Source of the DNA: Lama guanicoe
Taxonomy: Eukaryota
Assembly: GCA_013239625.1 (NCBI GenBank)
Contig: MU053934.1
Span: 5,598,399 to 5,662,398 of the forward strand
Length of the DNA stretch: 64,000 bases
Direction: 5' to 3'
A program made the translations under genes and the position numbers. The notes below the pieces were generated by a model. The model saw nothing but the letters and a program-made list of their open reading frames with translations, had not been told where the DNA came from and ran no database searches. This document shows, in pieces, positions 63,197 to 64,000 of this stretch; positions within the stretch are counted from its first letter, which is position 1; the number at the start of each line of letters is the position of its first letter.

Positions 63197-64000
63197 CTAA
63201 GCAAGAAATCAAGGACCTGTGATGACTATCCCCTATCCAGAGAAAACAACGCGAATTCTGTTCAAATGTACCCAGAACACAAACCATACTGGTTCTATCC
63301 AGATTTCCTTCTTGCCATGACATTTTAGAGGCAAATTAATCAGTTACTACTTTTGGATAATCATCAGATATTGACAGTCACCAAGTTACTGAGAGACCAA
63401 CTTCAATCACAGGCAACTCTTCCTGACAAATCTGGGGTTAACATGTCAAATTTTCCTAAGTAATCACCACCACTGGGAACTCTGTATTACACAGACTTGT
63501 GAACTGATGGCTCGCGTGTTTCACAACAAAGTCTAGTACAGAAAACAATAAGATAGTTTCCTGGAGTCCGTTTTATAGGACTGCCTTATAAGAAAACCAC
63601 TGTTTTCATTACAAAGATGGAAACATGAGAAAGGAGAACCTGGCATGTGATATATTAAAAAGCAGAAGCTCAAAGATATCCTACACTACTTTGGTATCTT
63701 CATCCAAAGACAACACTAGAAAAAAAAAATGTGCAACAGATTATTCTTCAGAAATATTCACCCCCTCCCACTACACTCCACGGGATATTTCTCCCCCTCT
63801 TCCTGGGGCTTGGAAATTGAATGGGCTTTGGTCTAGAGGAGGTCAGCAGACAAGATACAGACAGGGCTTGAGATATGCTTGTACGATTGGGCGCGTCCTC
63901 TTCTGCTTTCGCCATCACCAAGAGTATACGCTCAGGCTGGTCCCAGGAGAAGGAAGAGAGACACGGGGAGCTGAGGATCCCAGGCTGGAGTCAGCCTAGA

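Noticed and set aside
63197..63323. N-terminal extension of ORF 63021-63323 (likewise the start of ORF 56143-56343)
   Set aside because: Intronic read-through beyond the SLC25A17 splice acceptors.
1..64000. CRISPR arrays, operons or other prokaryotic systems
   Set aside because: The sequence is mammalian and has no regularly spaced repeat-spacer array.

Overview
Mammalian genomic DNA, most likely camelid (seven Vic-1-type tRNA-derived SINEs). It is rich in L1, L2, MIR, MaLR/ERVL LTR and MER DNA-transposon remnants. The only intact gene is the 3' part of SLC25A17 (peroxisomal carrier PMP34): its last four coding exons lie on the minus strand at 56143-63196. By human synteny the rest of the window should be the MCHR1-SLC25A17 interval. 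The main discovery is a heavily decayed, intron-containing polycystin-1 (PKD1) paralogue on the plus strand at about 37.8-55.5 kb. Manual translation gives remnants in PKD1 domain and exon order: LRRs, LRRCT, WSC, PKD, C-type lectin, PKD1 exons 9-14 equivalents, and the PKD-repeat exon 15. Several splice sites sit at PKD1-equivalent positions. The remnant is full of stops and frameshifts and is interrupted by ancient L1 and MIR insertions. It looks like a unitary pseudogene, possibly the lost mammalian counterpart of fish pkd1b. All protein comparisons were made by eye against recalled human sequences and need tblastn/GeneWise confirmation. Repeat boundaries and subfamily names are approximate. 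Most ORFs in the supplied track are spurious.
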